Positions 29,301 through 39,639 of a stretch of DNA of 59,419 nucleotides are shown here, piece by piece; position 1 is the stretch's first letter; each line of letters opens with the position of its first letter. The DNA is from a virus (Duplodnaviria; Caudoviricetes). The notes under the pieces were generated by a model. That model made no database searches. It had not been told where the DNA came from and saw only the letters and a program-made list of their open reading frames with translations. The translations under genes were made by a program, and so were the position numbers. The stretch lies in the IMG/VR virus record IMGVR_UViG_3300008108_000072, positions 1 to 59,419 of that record; one strand, given 5' to 3'.

Positions 29301-32300
29301 CCATATAAAAGAATTATATTTACATCTGGATAAGTAATTTCTCCACTCTCAGAAATAAAATAATTTAATGGTTTTGTGAAAGTTATTGTAGGACCACTTA
29401 TTTTATATGATTCTCCTTGTACTTGTAGAACTCCATCAACAAAAACAATAGCATAATTAGGATCTTCGACTTTCTTTACTCGCTCTTCTACTTCATCAAT
29501 AATCAAGAAAGGACCAGTTCTTCTAAATGGTATTAAATCGGTATTAATTTTTAATCTTAAATAAGAACCCACACTAAAGCCAAAAGATTTCTCGTACCCA
29601 GCTAATTCTGGTTCAGAACCTTCTACAATATCATCATGCTTAATTGGGGGATCAGAAAATACAATTTTGTCAGTTACATTTATATCGTCTGATCGTAAAA
29701 TATAATACGAATTTTTTTCTGGAATATAGTTATCAACATCAACAAAAGTCTTTGCTTTTTGTACTACAGAATTTAAAGTAATAATTAAATTTTCATTTAC
29801 ACTAGTTTTTACTATATCTCCATTGTCATAGTATAAATCAAACGTTGTATTAATTCCATCAAATTCAGATTCTAATGTTGATAATTTTTTCAAATACTGT
29901 GAATTTAGATCATTTGCCTTAAATCTGAAATATTTTCCATAAAACTTTTGACCAGTAACATATTGTCCTTCTGTTACATTCTCTCCAAATGGAGGAGATG
30001 AGAATGTTATTTGAGTTCCATTAACAGTATATGCTTTTCCTGGCTCTTGTAATACACCATCAATTGTGATAATTAATTGCTGTTCATTGTATGGAGCGAG
30101 AGGAAGACCTGATTTTTTATCAATTAAAGTAAATACCGTATCACCTATTGGCTGACCGTTATAAGAGTCTAGTCTTCCATTAAATGGTGTTGATAAAACA
30201 AATTCTCCAGCGATAGTTTCTGAGTTATCAAAGGTATCTACAGAAATAGATCCAAGACCTCTTTCGACAGCAAAAGAATTCAAGTTAACTACAGTTTCTG
30301 TTAAGTATCTCTTAGTACCAACAACAGAAATGTCCTTTGCTCCCAGATCAATAAATGTAATTGTTTCAGTTTTGTTTTGTTCAATTTGAGATGGCATAGA
30401 AATATCGCCATCAGTTTCAACTAAAACTTCCCCAAATAATTTAAAGCCAGCAGGGTGTACAGTTTCTTTAATTAAATCTCTCCAAATAGAAATTGGAGTT
30501 TTTGATTTAATTACATAAGAATAATCTTGATAAAAATAAGAGTCAGTAATTTTTTGGGAAGCTACGCTAATTTTTCCTCGATCAGAAGAAAATCTTCCCT
30601 GATTGTCAAAATAACCTTTAATGTCGGGAGCAAAAACAGTAGACAAAATTGCTTTTATCTTAGCTGTCTTGCTTTTAACTAATCCTTTGATGGGTAAATT
30701 TTCATCAATTACACCTTGAATTTTCTCAATTCTAAGAATGTTGCTTCCTTGACGATAACCATTAGAAGAAACAACACCAGATGAAATAATTACCCCATTA
30801 TCATATTGAACAATCTTTTCTCCAATAGCAAAAGCATTATCTGGAATATCTTCTAATAGTAAAACTGTTGGAGATTTAAACTCAGAATATAAAGTTTTGT
30901 CGCTATGGAAAGCATATCCATTTTCTATAATATTAACTGTTTGAGGAATACCAATATCATTACTTGTAAAATATAATTTTACATCAGTCTCTATAATTTT
31001 TACTGTAGGAAGATATGTATAATTTTTGCCTTCATTAATTACAGTAACTCTACTAATAGAACCATTGTTAACTAAAACTTCAAATTCAACTTCGGAGCCA
31101 TCACCATCAACAACTATTGCTTTAGGCTTCGAATAATTTTTTCCTCCGTCAATAACGGTAATAGATTTTATTTTCTTTTCTATAGAATCGTAAGTAACAG
31201 AAATTGTCGCTTCATATTCTTGAGCTACATCAACACCATATACAGTAGGAACACGCTTGTAATTTTCGCCAAAATTTTCTACAACAACGCTGTTTATTTT
31301 GCCAATAGCAAATTTAGATGATGTTGTATAATTAATTTGTCCTGTTCCATCATATTCAGGAACTTTAGCTAAATTATAAACAAATCTAGTGTCAGTTGAA
31401 TATATTACATCCTTTTCTCCTGTTAAAGGATCGTCTACAACTTGTAGATAAGAATTTTGGGTGTTTACATCAGATACTTTAATAAAATAAAAATAATTTG
31501 TGAAGTTTACAGGTTTCTTCTGTTCAAAACTGTTTGTGGAAATATTAGGACCAAACCCAAGCTTGATAGTCAAATACGAACCAGGATTGCCAGGAGGAAC
31601 GCTGCTTACAAATTTTTCTTCGGTGAATACGTTATAATTTAAACTACTTGAAAAATCCAAGTAAGTATCAAGCATAGAAAAGTGGCTTACATCAAACTTA
31701 TACTTGTAATACTTCTGAATTTGGACAACAGGGTTAGCTTTAAAATCAATATTATCTTTTGAAAACTCTAATCTGTATTCTGCTGTATCAGTAGAAGAAA
31801 TAGTAACTAATTTTTGAGGGCTGCTAGCGTCATAGAATGTGTTGCTTCTTACTAACTGATTTGGTGCTGACGAAGAATAATCAAAAATTAACACCAATTC
31901 TTGTGTTTTTTCGTCATAAGAATATACGTAAGGATCATTTACTCCAGTCCCCTTAATACGTTGACCTTCTGTAAATCTATATCTAGAGTTGACGCTGGAT
32001 ATTTCTTTTCCATTGTAATGATCTACAATCCTTGTTCCGTTTTGACCACGTAGTACAGAAACAGTTTTTGTAACTTCATCAACTGAAGTTACTTTAACAA
32101 TTTCGTCTCCGATAGATAAAAGATCATTTACAGCAATACCTACAATAGAATTTAATTTTAGACCAGTATTTTGCCCAGCAAAACCAACATGGTCTACTAA
32201 TAAAGTAAGTCTTTGGTTAGAGATGCTAGATTGTAGTCTATCTAAATCAAGATCAGATACAGTTAAGATATCTCCTTTTCTGTATCCATTGCCTTTGCTT

Positions 32301-35300
32301 GTGATAAAAATTTGAACCACACCACCATAATTTGATCCACTAACGCCAGAAACTACAATAGTTGCTCTAGCATTACCAGAATCTCCAGGCAATCCGATGT
32401 TATTTCTAGCAGTAGTACTATCTTGGAAAATGAGTTCTACATTATTATATGTGCCTACTGTATAATCAACACCACTATTCAACAAGTCAAAACGACCCAA
32501 ACCAAGATCATTAATCTTTTTCGTTACTCTAGGTGCTTTTAGGGTAATTTTTTGATAATATCTTTTTCTTACATAATACTCAGTTTCAGTTAAAGTATCA
32601 TCTGGGTTAACATCTATAATAACTTTGTCGCCAACTGTTAATCCGTGAGAATCTGAAGTTTCAATAATAGCGATATTTTGGCTGATAGAAGTAGGAGAAA
32701 TGCCCAAACTCAATGAAGAGATTGTAATAATTTTGGATCCTACGGTATCGTTTAAATCATTACTCTTTAAAAATAAATCTTCGTTGACAATAAAGTTACC
32801 TGTAAGGACTTTTAATTTTAAACTATTTTGATTATTTGTGGTTTCTAATACTAGACCTGTAGAAATAGGATTATTAATACCATCAGTGAGAGCAATAACA
32901 CTCCCAGCAGTAAAAGATGAATTTTGATTTAAGACTAAATTAATAACATTAATAGTAGATTCAATTAGTTTATTTGGTTCAAATGTACCAACGACATTAC
33001 GAAGAACTAATTGATTTGAATTTATCACATCACCAATTAAAGTGCCGACCGCTCCAGTTGAAGGCTGACTAATAGTATCTCCTTCAAAATAATATGCTGT
33101 CTGTAAAGTTTTTATTTCAGTAGCTTTTATTTCTTTTGATTCTAAAGAAACAACATTTTTGCCTACGACAGAAGAAACCGAAGCAGATGCCTTAGAGCCT
33201 CCAGTGTTGGAGTTATTAATTCTGACGACAGAGCCAACTTTGAAATTATTGTAAGACTCTTCTACTGTTCCAGAAGAAATACCACCCGTAGTAACACTAT
33301 CAATATAAGCTATAACGCTACTACCATTTTGTTCTAATTTTGATGTTTTGAGTCTTCTAGCACTGACTGGAATATCATTTTGAGAGATACTAGAATTATA
33401 ATTAGAATCAACTGGTAAAGAATAGTAATTTTTGCCGAGAATATATGGGAAAACAGGAATATTGTTGGAATCTATAGTTAAGAAATAAGCATATACGCCA
33501 TTTGGGTAATCTGGAGTTACACAAAATCTTCCGTTGTTTTCATCTAGTTCGGTTTTACCAGTATTTACTGAAGGCTTCCATTCGTAATCTTGTACAAATG
33601 TACCAAGAGGATATACCGTAGTTGGTGGACCCTCAAAGCGAGAAGATTTTAATTGATACCCCGAAGATAATCTAGTGATAGCAGATGAAGGATCTACTGG
33701 GTCAGAATACCCGAATGGTCCATAGATTGGAACGCCATCATAAGCAAAACCAATAATAGGCGAGTGTGTTTTTGTTACAGGCTCTTCAAAAGTAGAACTT
33801 AAATTGTCATTTAATAAAGTTCTTAGTCTAGTAGGGTTAGCAATTCTTCCATATAGGTAATCCTTGTTTAATCTACTTAAACTATCAAATGTTTCGAAAA
33901 CATATCCATAGCTATCATCTACTTTTGTTTCGTTTTTCTTTAATCTATCAAAATACCACTTTTCAATTTCAGCAGTTGCTTCTGCTTCACTGCCTCTAGC
34001 ATCTTCGATTACTTCAACTACGACATTTTCTTGGGTATAAAATTTGCCTTCGTCAATTTTCTCAAACCCAGTAATTTGACCTTTTGGAGAAACTATGGCT
34101 TTATAGTCAGCAAACTTTCCTCTTCCAGCTAAATCACTAATTCTAATAATAGGAGGAGAAGAATAATATTCTCCTGGATTTCTAATTACTAAACTAGTAA
34201 TTTTACCACTAGTAACAATAGCCTCTAATTTAGCTCCTCTACCAGCAGTTATCACAACTTTTGGTATTGAAGTAAAGGATTCTGTAGTGTTAATATTGAT
34301 AGACTCTACAACTTCACCAGATAGTTTTGCTACTGCCTTTCCAGGTTGATTATTGATTAAAACAAATGGAGGAGTTTTGTATCCTGTGCCAGATTTTAAT
34401 AGAGATAATTTTGTTAGCTTTCCAAAATTAACAAATTCAGAATCTCTGTGGTTTAAAACTAATGTGCCATCGACAAAGATACCTACATCTCTAGTTCCAG
34501 TTTGGTAAATTTCCGTCGTTGTAGTTGGTCTTTTTCTAATTAATCTTAGTAAATCTTTGCCAACTAGATTAACATCAACATCGCTTGATAAAATATCATG
34601 TGAAGGATAACCAGATGAACAAATATAATAGTATTGATCGTCTTCGTAAATAGCTGCTACGTTAGCAAGCTCTTCCGCTACAGCGTTTTGTAATGTTAAA
34701 TTCGATTGAATACTTGGTGTAGTATTATTTTCGTTGATTAACCATCTAGTGTTGTTTGTAGCTCTATTAAAAATAATAGGATCACGAGTTTCAAAACCAG
34801 CATCAGAAATTTGAACAATATCTTTTTCTTCTGAGTATGGTGCTAAAACTTTAGTATTTAAATTATAAAGAACACCTAATGTGAGTAATTTGACGTTATT
34901 ACCTACTACAGTTGATGCCGAATAAACATCACTGCCAGCTGGATGAGCTGATGGGGGGTTTGCTCTTTGATCAATTACAAATTGTGTGGCATTTTTTGCA
35001 TTATATTTAATGACTTCAGAACCAATTAAAATTTTACCTACATTTTTCCATCCTAATGTTGAACCAACATTAATTTTTTGTCCTGAAGATAAGTTTGTAT
35101 TGATTGCTTTTCTTAACGTAGTTTTCGAAGCAATTTCAAAAACGCCATTAACTGTTGATGGGTCTAAAATAATTTCGTAAATATCACCTTCTTCTGTAGA
35201 ACCTTTGAATGCTACATTATCGACTACAGCCGAAGCATACAGCATTTCTGGCTTAGTTTCGTCAAGTTCTTGTGTTAAACGCTGCCCAATTAAGTCTAAT

Positions 35301-36055
35301 GGATTGCCAGAAAGAACTTTTACTTTTAATGAATATGTAGATACCCAATCAGAAGTCGATGCCTTCAGCGTAGAGTCTTTAGGATTGTATATTTCTGGAA
35401 TATCCTGAGGATCTCTAGATACAATCGAATTGAAAATAAATTTAATTGACTTATCAGTACCTTTTGCCTTATAAAATTTACTGATATTTTTGATTAAAGT
35501 TCTTTTATCAACCTGACCCTTTAAATATTTTTCAGGGAAAGCACCAAGATACTGTGCTTCGAAATTTTTAATAAAAGCGTATAAGAAAAGATTGCTAATG
35601 TTGTAAACAACAGCACTAGCATCATGAGAAGCAGATTGAGTAGAAACAAAAGTTGTTTCTGAATACAAATCTCCTAATGTGGTGTTTCCACTAACTCCAC
35701 GAGAAACTTCTAAAAATTCTGTATCTGTTCTAGTCTTGTAGAAACAAATTTCATTATCAATACGAATATAACCATTCTCTTTGGGGAATGATGTAGCATC
35801 GTCTACGACAATAGTAGTAGCACTATCAGATACACTACTCGCTAGTTTAGTGCTTTGCTTTAAAAGATTTTCTTCGTAAAAATCCACATCACGATATTTC
35901 GTGATATTACTAATAATATCAACAGGCTGACCAACCAACTCCAATTGTTCGTAGTATTTTTCTACTAACTTAGAAAAATTTACGTATTCTGAAGATATAA
36001 ACCCTGGTAGCTGTTGCTCAATCAGGGTTGAAATTTTTCTAGTTTTTGGAGCCAT
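26372..36055 (-). CDS. gp7: Baseplate wedge initiator gp7 (large cyanophage form)
   Basis: IKNISKFYKAKGT, HSPIIGFAYDGVPIYGPFG, LDENNGRFCVTPDYPNGVYAYF, DSYFYQDYSYVIKS, VHPAGFKLFGE; lies between gp6 and gp8. Confidence 0.85.
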   Translation of the reverse strand: MAPKTRKISTLIEQQLPGFISSEYVNFSKLVEKYYEQLELVGQPVDIISNITKYRDVDFYEENLLKQSTKLASSVSDSATTIVVDDATSFPKENGYIRIDNEICFYKTRTDTEFLEVSRGVSGNTTLGDLYSETTFVSTQSASHDASAVVYNISNLFLYAFIKNFEAQYLGAFPEKYLKGQVDKRTLIKNISKFYKAKGTDKSIKFIFNSIVSRDPQDIPEIYNPKDSTLKASTSDWVSTYSLKVKVLSGNPLDLIGQRLTQELDETKPEMLYASAVVDNVAFKGSTEEGDIYEIILDPSTVNGVFEIASKTTLRKAINTNLSSGQKINVGSTLGWKNVGKILIGSEVIKYNAKNATQFVIDQRANPPSAHPAGSDVYSASTVVGNNVKLLTLGVLYNLNTKVLAPYSEEKDIVQISDAGFETRDPIIFNRATNNTRWLINENNTTPSIQSNLTLQNAVAEELANVAAIYEDDQYYYICSSGYPSHDILSSDVDVNLVGKDLLRLIRKRPTTTTEIYQTGTRDVGIFVDGTLVLNHRDSEFVNFGKLTKLSLLKSGTGYKTPPFVLINNQPGKAVAKLSGEVVESININTTESFTSIPKVVITAGRGAKLEAIVTSGKITSLVIRNPGEYYSSPPIIRISDLAGRGKFADYKAIVSPKGQITGFEKIDEGKFYTQENVVVEVIEDARGSEAEATAEIEKWYFDRLKKNETKVDDSYGYVFETFDSLSRLNKDYLYGRIANPTRLRTLLNDNLSSTFEEPVTKTHSPIIGFAYDGVPIYGPFGYSDPVDPSSAITRLSSGYQLKSSRFEGPPTTVYPLGTFVQDYEWKPSVNTGKTELDENNGRFCVTPDYPNGVYAYFLTIDSNNIPVFPYILGKNYYSLPVDSNYNSSISQNDIPVSARRLKTSKLEQNGSSVIAYIDSVTTGGISSGTVEESYNNFKVGSVVRINNSNTGGSKASASVSSVVGKNVVSLESKEIKATEIKTLQTAYYFEGDTISQPSTGAVGTLIGDVINSNQLVLRNVVGTFEPNKLIESTINVINLVLNQNSSFTAGSVIALTDGINNPISTGLVLETTNNQNSLKLKVLTGNFIVNEDLFLKSNDLNDTVGSKIITISSLSLGISPTSISQNIAIIETSDSHGLTVGDKVIIDVNPDDTLTETEYYVRKRYYQKITLKAPRVTKKINDLGLGRFDLLNSGVDYTVGTYNNVELIFQDSTTARNNIGLPGDSGNARATIVVSGVSGSNYGGVVQIFITSKGNGYRKGDILTVSDLDLDRLQSSISNQRLTLLVDHVGFAGQNTGLKLNSIVGIAVNDLLSIGDEIVKVTSVDEVTKTVSVLRGQNGTRIVDHYNGKEISSVNSRYRFTEGQRIKGTGVNDPYVYSYDEKTQELVLIFDYSSSAPNQLVRSNTFYDASSPQKLVTISSTDTAEYRLEFSKDNIDFKANPVVQIQKYYKYKFDVSHFSMLDTYLDFSSSLNYNVFTEEKFVSSVPPGNPGSYLTIKLGFGPNISTNSFEQKKPVNFTNYFYFIKVSDVNTQNSYLQVVDDPLTGEKDVIYSTDTRFVYNLAKVPEYDGTGQINYTTSSKFAIGKINSVVVENFGENYKRVPTVYGVDVAQEYEATISVTYDSIEKKIKSITVIDGGKNYSKPKAIVVDGDGSEVEFEVLVNNGSISRVTVINEGKNYTYLPTVKIIETDVKLYFTSNDIGIPQTVNIIENGYAFHSDKTLYSEFKSPTVLLLEDIPDNAFAIGEKIVQYDNGVIISSGVVSSNGYRQGSNILRIEKIQGVIDENLPIKGLVKSKTAKIKAILSTVFAPDIKGYFDNQGRFSSDRGKISVASQKITDSYFYQDYSYVIKSKTPISIWRDLIKETVHPAGFKLFGEVLVETDGDISMPSQIEQNKTETITFIDLGAKDISVVGTKRYLTETVVNLNSFAVERGLGSISVDTFDNSETIAGEFVLSTPFNGRLDSYNGQPIGDTVFTLIDKKSGLPLAPYNEQQLIITIDGVLQEPGKAYTVNGTQITFSSPPFGENVTEGQYVTGQKFYGKYFRFKANDLNSQYLKKLSTLESEFDGINTTFDLYYDNGDIVKTSVNENLIITLNSVVQKAKTFVDVDNYIPEKNSYYILRSDDINVTDKIVFSDPPIKHDDIVEGSEPELAGYEKSFGFSVGSYLRLKINTDLIPFRRTGPFLIIDEVEERVKKVEDPNYAIVFVDGVLQVQGESYKISGPTITFTKPLNYFISESGEITYPDVNIILLYGRDIAQTLTAYDFERDTFYNKLTLTITGANSYTNFSNWIGPIGSNEIWVHQNNVCLGKLRAFRKITSNQWSLTLSSQNVVYNSSLPLKFSLTSTFNNTADFTLGGTYQVTTSYEENADGNRVLSRASSRYLYGSELADKAWYEQTRSYANLHPGDLIKIDGENEYREISYIPAKAKTKDYRRNSYVSNSVYSKILSSNYNDIVRGEGLAVVANISNGKVVSLDWNRRELELYFENNLLLQPTAYQYYTPPILQFIPTDTTGGGAKAEVIVYDGQVINIVLLDGGSGYQEPPTVVVARGYDIIKEPNRKIDSFTRLNLDIEITGFTMAYSSIVNIETARIEGTEIEIISLGGPLETTYYRDVTSIIQTINNVGSNHKAYVTELYISGGLVRPVQFSSIVSVNKEITNIIDVPFNVVSNSTISSTDREITRKITKVVNNSIVETAPNSINDIGAFLDLPLSETDTIVYIPDTRRFPDVSRLLIGKEIVLYNGKLPDRFLNVIRGASGTTATTHEAGDYLRHLPELVSIVPVGPSTSIITEITVTEIHSTDTSIVKITSTTANDVPSAAANELTQIELTAQQQIDLDNSDVSVSEQITIIPPTTYVTAITSYTSSFVSTVSASVSALAITSIVNTIQSVENEISNIVTVNVDNSDTIISSQTTVSVHSSIERVTSAIITVSHTSTVTTNTVQVDILSTVNRISTLVVKNFDAAVVTLLSISNRIESVVDELTLNTSILDNVRLNNLSSQVLTVVAGLGEIITSSSSVTSKLAKNADIKIFYNTGSLDYFEETAVLVNPIQTRTGEVILDSPINEIYQRSGAIAIVENRAVFKEDFYDSYNLGNAGPTLKSFENNIFINTGSFGVTGSIETLSRAYPSLTIKDFEERPNSSITLGGAVFNLAIPSINSIGAFVTFSMSESQTTIFVQSTASFPTSGKLLIGNEVVSYTNKTSTSFTGVTRGVDNTISASHSAGDYLRTFD

Positions 36056-36060
36056 CTAGA

Positions 36061-37860
36061 TTACTCTTGATATGCGATAAATTTACTGTTTGGGATATCA
36101 ACGTCAAGATATACGTTTCTCAAAGCGTTAATATCATTTGATGCTGGTTTTACACGAATTTCGATCCTGTTATCAAAATAACTACCTTTAATGATAGTTA
36201 AATCATACAGCATGATCTCGCCTTTAGTATAATCAATATCACCGACATAATCGTTTAAAACGATTTTATCTCCAGATAAAGAGTCTAATCTATATAGGAC
36301 AATTTTGCCACCCCTATCTTCCAAATACACAGTAAAATTGGGGTATTCGCTTACTACAAACCCAGATGATTCTACTGAGGGACTATCACAATCTACAAAA
36401 AATTCATTCTGGAAACAGATTTCGTAAAAGAAGGTAGAATTGATGGATGGATAAAAATCCTTTCTCATTATAACGCTAGTGTGGTTGGAATTAATTGCCT
36501 TATCAGCATCATCAATAACACCAACCACTTTACTGTATCTAAACTTTCCGTTGAATTTTTCGACATCGGAAGTTTCAATATAATTTTCAAGTGCCGAAAT
36601 AACTTTAGATTTAATTTCTTCGGGTACTAATGTTGTGATTTGTCTGTTGTAATAAATCTTGCTGTTTAATTCTACATAAAGAATTGAAGGATTGATTAGA
36701 TCTGGAGTGACTGAAGCAACCATATAATTCTTCAATTCACGAACAATTTCCTGTTTGGTGAAAGAAGATAAAGCAGCACCGTTAGATGGTTTGACTGAAA
36801 TTTTAACTTTGCCGTATTCTGGGGGTACAGACTCTTCACCCCCATATACAATGATATCAGCGACCGCTGGGTAAATATTTCTCACAATAGCAGCATAATC
36901 AGATGGTGTTACAGCTCTATCCTGAGTGCCGTAGTATTTTGGAGCATTGAACTTAATTTTTGATACACTTTCAATATCCTCACCGCCGTTAGCGTTATTG
37001 ACTGTGCTTACATTAACAATAGATAAAGAATAACTGGAATTACCACTTAAGTCTTCTAAAACACCACTAAATGTAAATGATCTAGCACCATTAGTTACTG
37101 GACCATTAGTTGTTAAATAGCTAACTTCAATATACTCACCATTTTCTAATTTTCTTCCTAAAACACCATCACCAAAGAATAACTCATACTTTTCATCCTC
37201 AATCTCTTCTACAAAGAACACATTCGAGGAAGGATTGATATTTAAAATATTATCAGCAGCTTTGTAAATTTGGAAAGAAGTTGATGATGATGAAGGATAA
37301 ACTTTTACTTGAATCGTGTTTGTGTCAATAGATGGGTTTTGTAAAATAAAACGTTGGCTTTGTAACCCAGTATTTACAGTAAATGTGTTTGTTACTAAAG
37401 CACCTTCATACACATCAACGTTAACAAAAGATGCTGTACCATTAACTACAGACGCTGTATAATCTTCTACAGCAACATATTGATACAGATTATCATCAAA
37501 TGTCGTTACAAAACCAGTTCCCTTCTTTAAAATGATCTCTTTTGGAGCAGTTCCATTAAATTCTACGCCAAAACTTACTGTAGCCTTCGGAGCTACTTTT
37601 GATTTGGCTCTATAACCAAGCTGTTTAGCTAATGCTACTACATTGTCTCTCAGAGTAGCAGAATCTAAAAACAGCTCGTTTACAACGAGATTAGTGTTAA
37701 ATGCTGTATAATAAGTGTTATAAGCAAGAACATCAAGTAAATTGCTCCATACAGAACCCTCAAAATCATAATCAGTAAAGTCCGTCTGGGCTCTTAGGTA
37801 ATCCTTGAGAGCGATTTTGATTTGAGTGTAATCTAAATTAGATACCTGAGCGTATGGCAT
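36061..37860 (-). CDS. gp6: Baseplate wedge subunit gp6
   Basis: FTDYDFEGS..LLDVLAYNTYY, ELFFGDGVLG, QDRAVTxxDY motifs. Confidence 0.92.
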   Translation of the reverse strand: MPYAQVSNLDYTQIKIALKDYLRAQTDFTDYDFEGSVWSNLLDVLAYNTYYTAFNTNLVVNELFLDSATLRDNVVALAKQLGYRAKSKVAPKATVSFGVEFNGTAPKEIILKKGTGFVTTFDDNLYQYVAVEDYTASVVNGTASFVNVDVYEGALVTNTFTVNTGLQSQRFILQNPSIDTNTIQVKVYPSSSSTSFQIYKAADNILNINPSSNVFFVEEIEDEKYELFFGDGVLGRKLENGEYIEVSYLTTNGPVTNGARSFTFSGVLEDLSGNSSYSLSIVNVSTVNNANGGEDIESVSKIKFNAPKYYGTQDRAVTPSDYAAIVRNIYPAVADIIVYGGEESVPPEYGKVKISVKPSNGAALSSFTKQEIVRELKNYMVASVTPDLINPSILYVELNSKIYYNRQITTLVPEEIKSKVISALENYIETSDVEKFNGKFRYSKVVGVIDDADKAINSNHTSVIMRKDFYPSINSTFFYEICFQNEFFVDCDSPSVESSGFVVSEYPNFTVYLEDRGGKIVLYRLDSLSGDKIVLNDYVGDIDYTKGEIMLYDLTIIKGSYFDNRIEIRVKPASNDINALRNVYLDVDIPNSKFIAYQE

Positions 37861-38253
37861 TTATCGTGTTCTCTCTAGAAAGAATGCTACATTAACTGGA
37901 ATGTCTTCTCTACCAATAATTTCAAAAGATAACTCAACATCAAATCCATTTTCGTCAAAATTTGGAATAGTATCAACACTTAATACATTAATTCTTGGTT
38001 CGTATAATCTCAAAGTATTCTCAATTTCCGATGAAATCATACCAGCAGTACCATAATCAAGAGGTTCAAACAACATTGACGAAACAGAAGAACCTATATT
38101 TGCGTTAAAAAATCTTTCACCCTTATTAGTCAATAATAAATTCACAACAGCTTGCTTGATAGCAGCCTCATCCTTGGTGACGATTAGATCGCCAGTGATA
38201 GGATGAGGCTTAAATGTGATATTTAGATCTTTAAAGGTAAGAGTCTTTGCCAC
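37861..38253 (-). CDS. gp25: Baseplate wedge subunit gp25
   Basis: AIKQAVVNLLLTNKGERFF, LFEP, YEPRI motifs; GTG start; ATAAATA at 38273-38279. Confidence 0.92.
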   Translation of the reverse strand: MAKTLTFKDLNITFKPHPITGDLIVTKDEAAIKQAVVNLLLTNKGERFFNANIGSSVSSMLFEPLDYGTAGMISSEIENTLRLYEPRINVLSVDTIPNFDENGFDVELSFEIIGREDIPVNVAFFLERTR

Positions 38254-38281
38254 ACAAATAACTGTTTATTGTTATTTATGT

Positions 38282-38473
38282 TTATTCCTCAAATCGCTCA
38301 ACGAAATCATCGAACCCATTTGCCCCACCACATGGGCGTGAGAGGCGATCATTTGGAACTTGATACTGCTTCATTCTAGCTCTTCTTAAATGCTTTTCTG
38401 AAGCAAGGTCTGAAATCAGAGTCATACCTGATTTAATAAAGGCATCACTTTTATCTACTGGACTGTTAGCCAT
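38282..38473 (-). CDS. Conserved hypothetical protein (MANSPVDKS...)
   Basis: More plausible ATG at 38473 with a GAGAAAAC-containing leader; late-promoter-like TAAATA near 38533. Confidence 0.7.
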   Translation of the reverse strand: MANSPVDKSDAFIKSGMTLISDLASEKHLRRARMKQYQVPNDRLSRPCGGANGFDDFVERFEE

Positions 38474-38545
38474 CTGTTTTCTCCAATAAGGTTTAAACAG
38501 AACTTTTAAAGGGGTTGCTATCCCTTCCATACTATTTAATCCCAA

Positions 38546-38567
38546 TAAAAAAGCGGCTTACGCCGCT
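38546..38567 (-). terminator. Intrinsic terminator
   Basis: AGCGGC-GTAA-GCCGCT followed by a T-run. Confidence 0.75.
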
Positions 38568-38573
38568 GTAATA

Positions 38574-38717
38574 TTAGTTGCCTTGACCACGATACCTTTT
38601 ACGAGCATTGTTTCGACTGGTGGCAGCATACTTTGTGTGCTTCCCAGCTCCCTGACGGGACTTCTTGGGTTTGGACTCAATTTGGTTTGCCCCAGTAAAC
38701 GAAGGACGCTTTGCCAT
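38574..38717 (-). CDS. 47-aa highly basic protein (MAKRPSF...RKRYRGQGN), not in the ORF track
   Basis: Translated by hand; PKKSRQGxG..KxYRGQG pattern of a small conserved cyanophage protein; has its own promoter and terminator. Confidence 0.75.
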   Translation of the reverse strand: MAKRPSFTGANQIESKPKKSRQGAGKHTKYAATSRNNARKRYRGQGN

Positions 38718-38743
38718 GTGTGTTATCCGTAAACTACCAGACC

Positions 38744-38772
38744 ATTATAGCACTACTTAGCCGAATTGGCAA
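38744..38772 (-). promoter_or_regulatory. Sigma70-like promoter TTGCCA-17-TATAAT
   Basis: Near-consensus elements upstream of the 38717 start. Confidence 0.6.
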
Positions 38773-39121
38773 CAAAGAGCTTGGGATAGCTGAACGGTAT
38801 TGTCAGTGGTCTATCAGTGCCTGCTAGTTGGCAGAGATCCCCCTGAACCAACGCTGGGAACCGATTGAAAAAGACAGATTTATTCACTTTGTTCACAAGT
38901 ACTCTAATGCCTGGTTGGCATGGTGCTGGGATGGCTGGGTTGATCTTCACCCCGACCACTGGAGTGGGCGTCAGAGCGGCGTGTGAGAACTTTAGAGGCT
39001 GGCTATCATAAAAGATACCTACGGCAGGCTGGACGCCCGTTCCGAGGGGTTCTGGAGGGTATGAGCAGTTGCCATCGGTAGATACCGTGTCAATTGTGTC
39101 TGGTCCTACAAGTAAAGGCAT
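38753..39121 (-). CDS. PAAR-like baseplate spike-tip protein (gp5.4-like)
   Basis: KSVFFNRFPALVQGD resembles the PAAR motif (xxVFINGxPAARxGD); Pro/Cys-rich; near gp25. Confidence 0.55.
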   Translation of the reverse strand: MPLLVGPDTIDTVSTDGNCSYPPEPLGTGVQPAVGIFYDSQPLKFSHAALTPTPVVGVKINPAIPAPCQPGIRVLVNKVNKSVFFNRFPALVQGDLCQLAGTDRPLTIPFSYPKLFVANSAK

Positions 39122-39122
39122 T

Positions 39123-39308
39123 TTAATTTTTTTCTAGCTCTTTTAGTCTTTTGTCTACCTCATCCAGGTACTGAACGATGTTTACATGTTCGGTTTCACC
39201 TGGAGGGCGATACATTAATCTAAATGGAATGGGAAGCTGATTTAGCTTCTCTTCCATTCTCTTCACCTTAGTCTCTAATAAACTCAGCCTCTGGATCAAG
39301 TCGTCCAT
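39123..39308 (-). CDS. Hypothetical protein
   Basis: 61-aa ORF with LMYRPP motif, overlapping the upstream gene. Confidence 0.7.
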   Translation of the reverse strand: MDDLIQRLSLLETKVKRMEEKLNQLPIPFRLMYRPPGETEHVNIVQYLDEVDKRLKELEKN

Positions 39309-39492
39309 TTTCAGATACCCTCTCTTTTTTAATCATGTCATCATAGATTGTCTCAACGTCAATCTCAGGTCTCATCCCAGCATAGTAGTCTGTTGCTAGG
39401 GTTTCGATGGTGTCAGCGAATTGATTGAAGTCATCAAAGCGTTGCTCTTTTAGAGTACCATCTGATGTTTTGTAAGTAATTTTGTGTTCCAT
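39268..39492 (-). CDS. Hypothetical protein
   Basis: 74-aa ORF; late promoter CTAAATA at 39568-39574. Confidence 0.7.
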   Translation of the reverse strand: MEHKITYKTSDGTLKEQRFDDFNQFADTIETLATDYYAGMRPEIDVETIYDDMIKKERVSENGRLDPEAEFIRD

Positions 39493-39639
39493 CGGGGTTT
39501 TTAACGAAAAATTTTCTGGGAAATTTTTTTAGAATTGGGGAATCTGGGATTTCAAATTCCTTTTAAGTATTTAGAGGGCTCTGGGAAACGTTTATAGCTT
39601 AGAAAGACGGTACTTTTTTGAATCGACCCCCCGCTCGGC

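Noticed and set aside
344-35408. Many plus-strand and alternative-frame ORFs of 60-150 aa inside the structural genes
   Set aside because: They are shadows of long minus-strand genes with biased codon usage; no RBS, promoter or recognisable motifs
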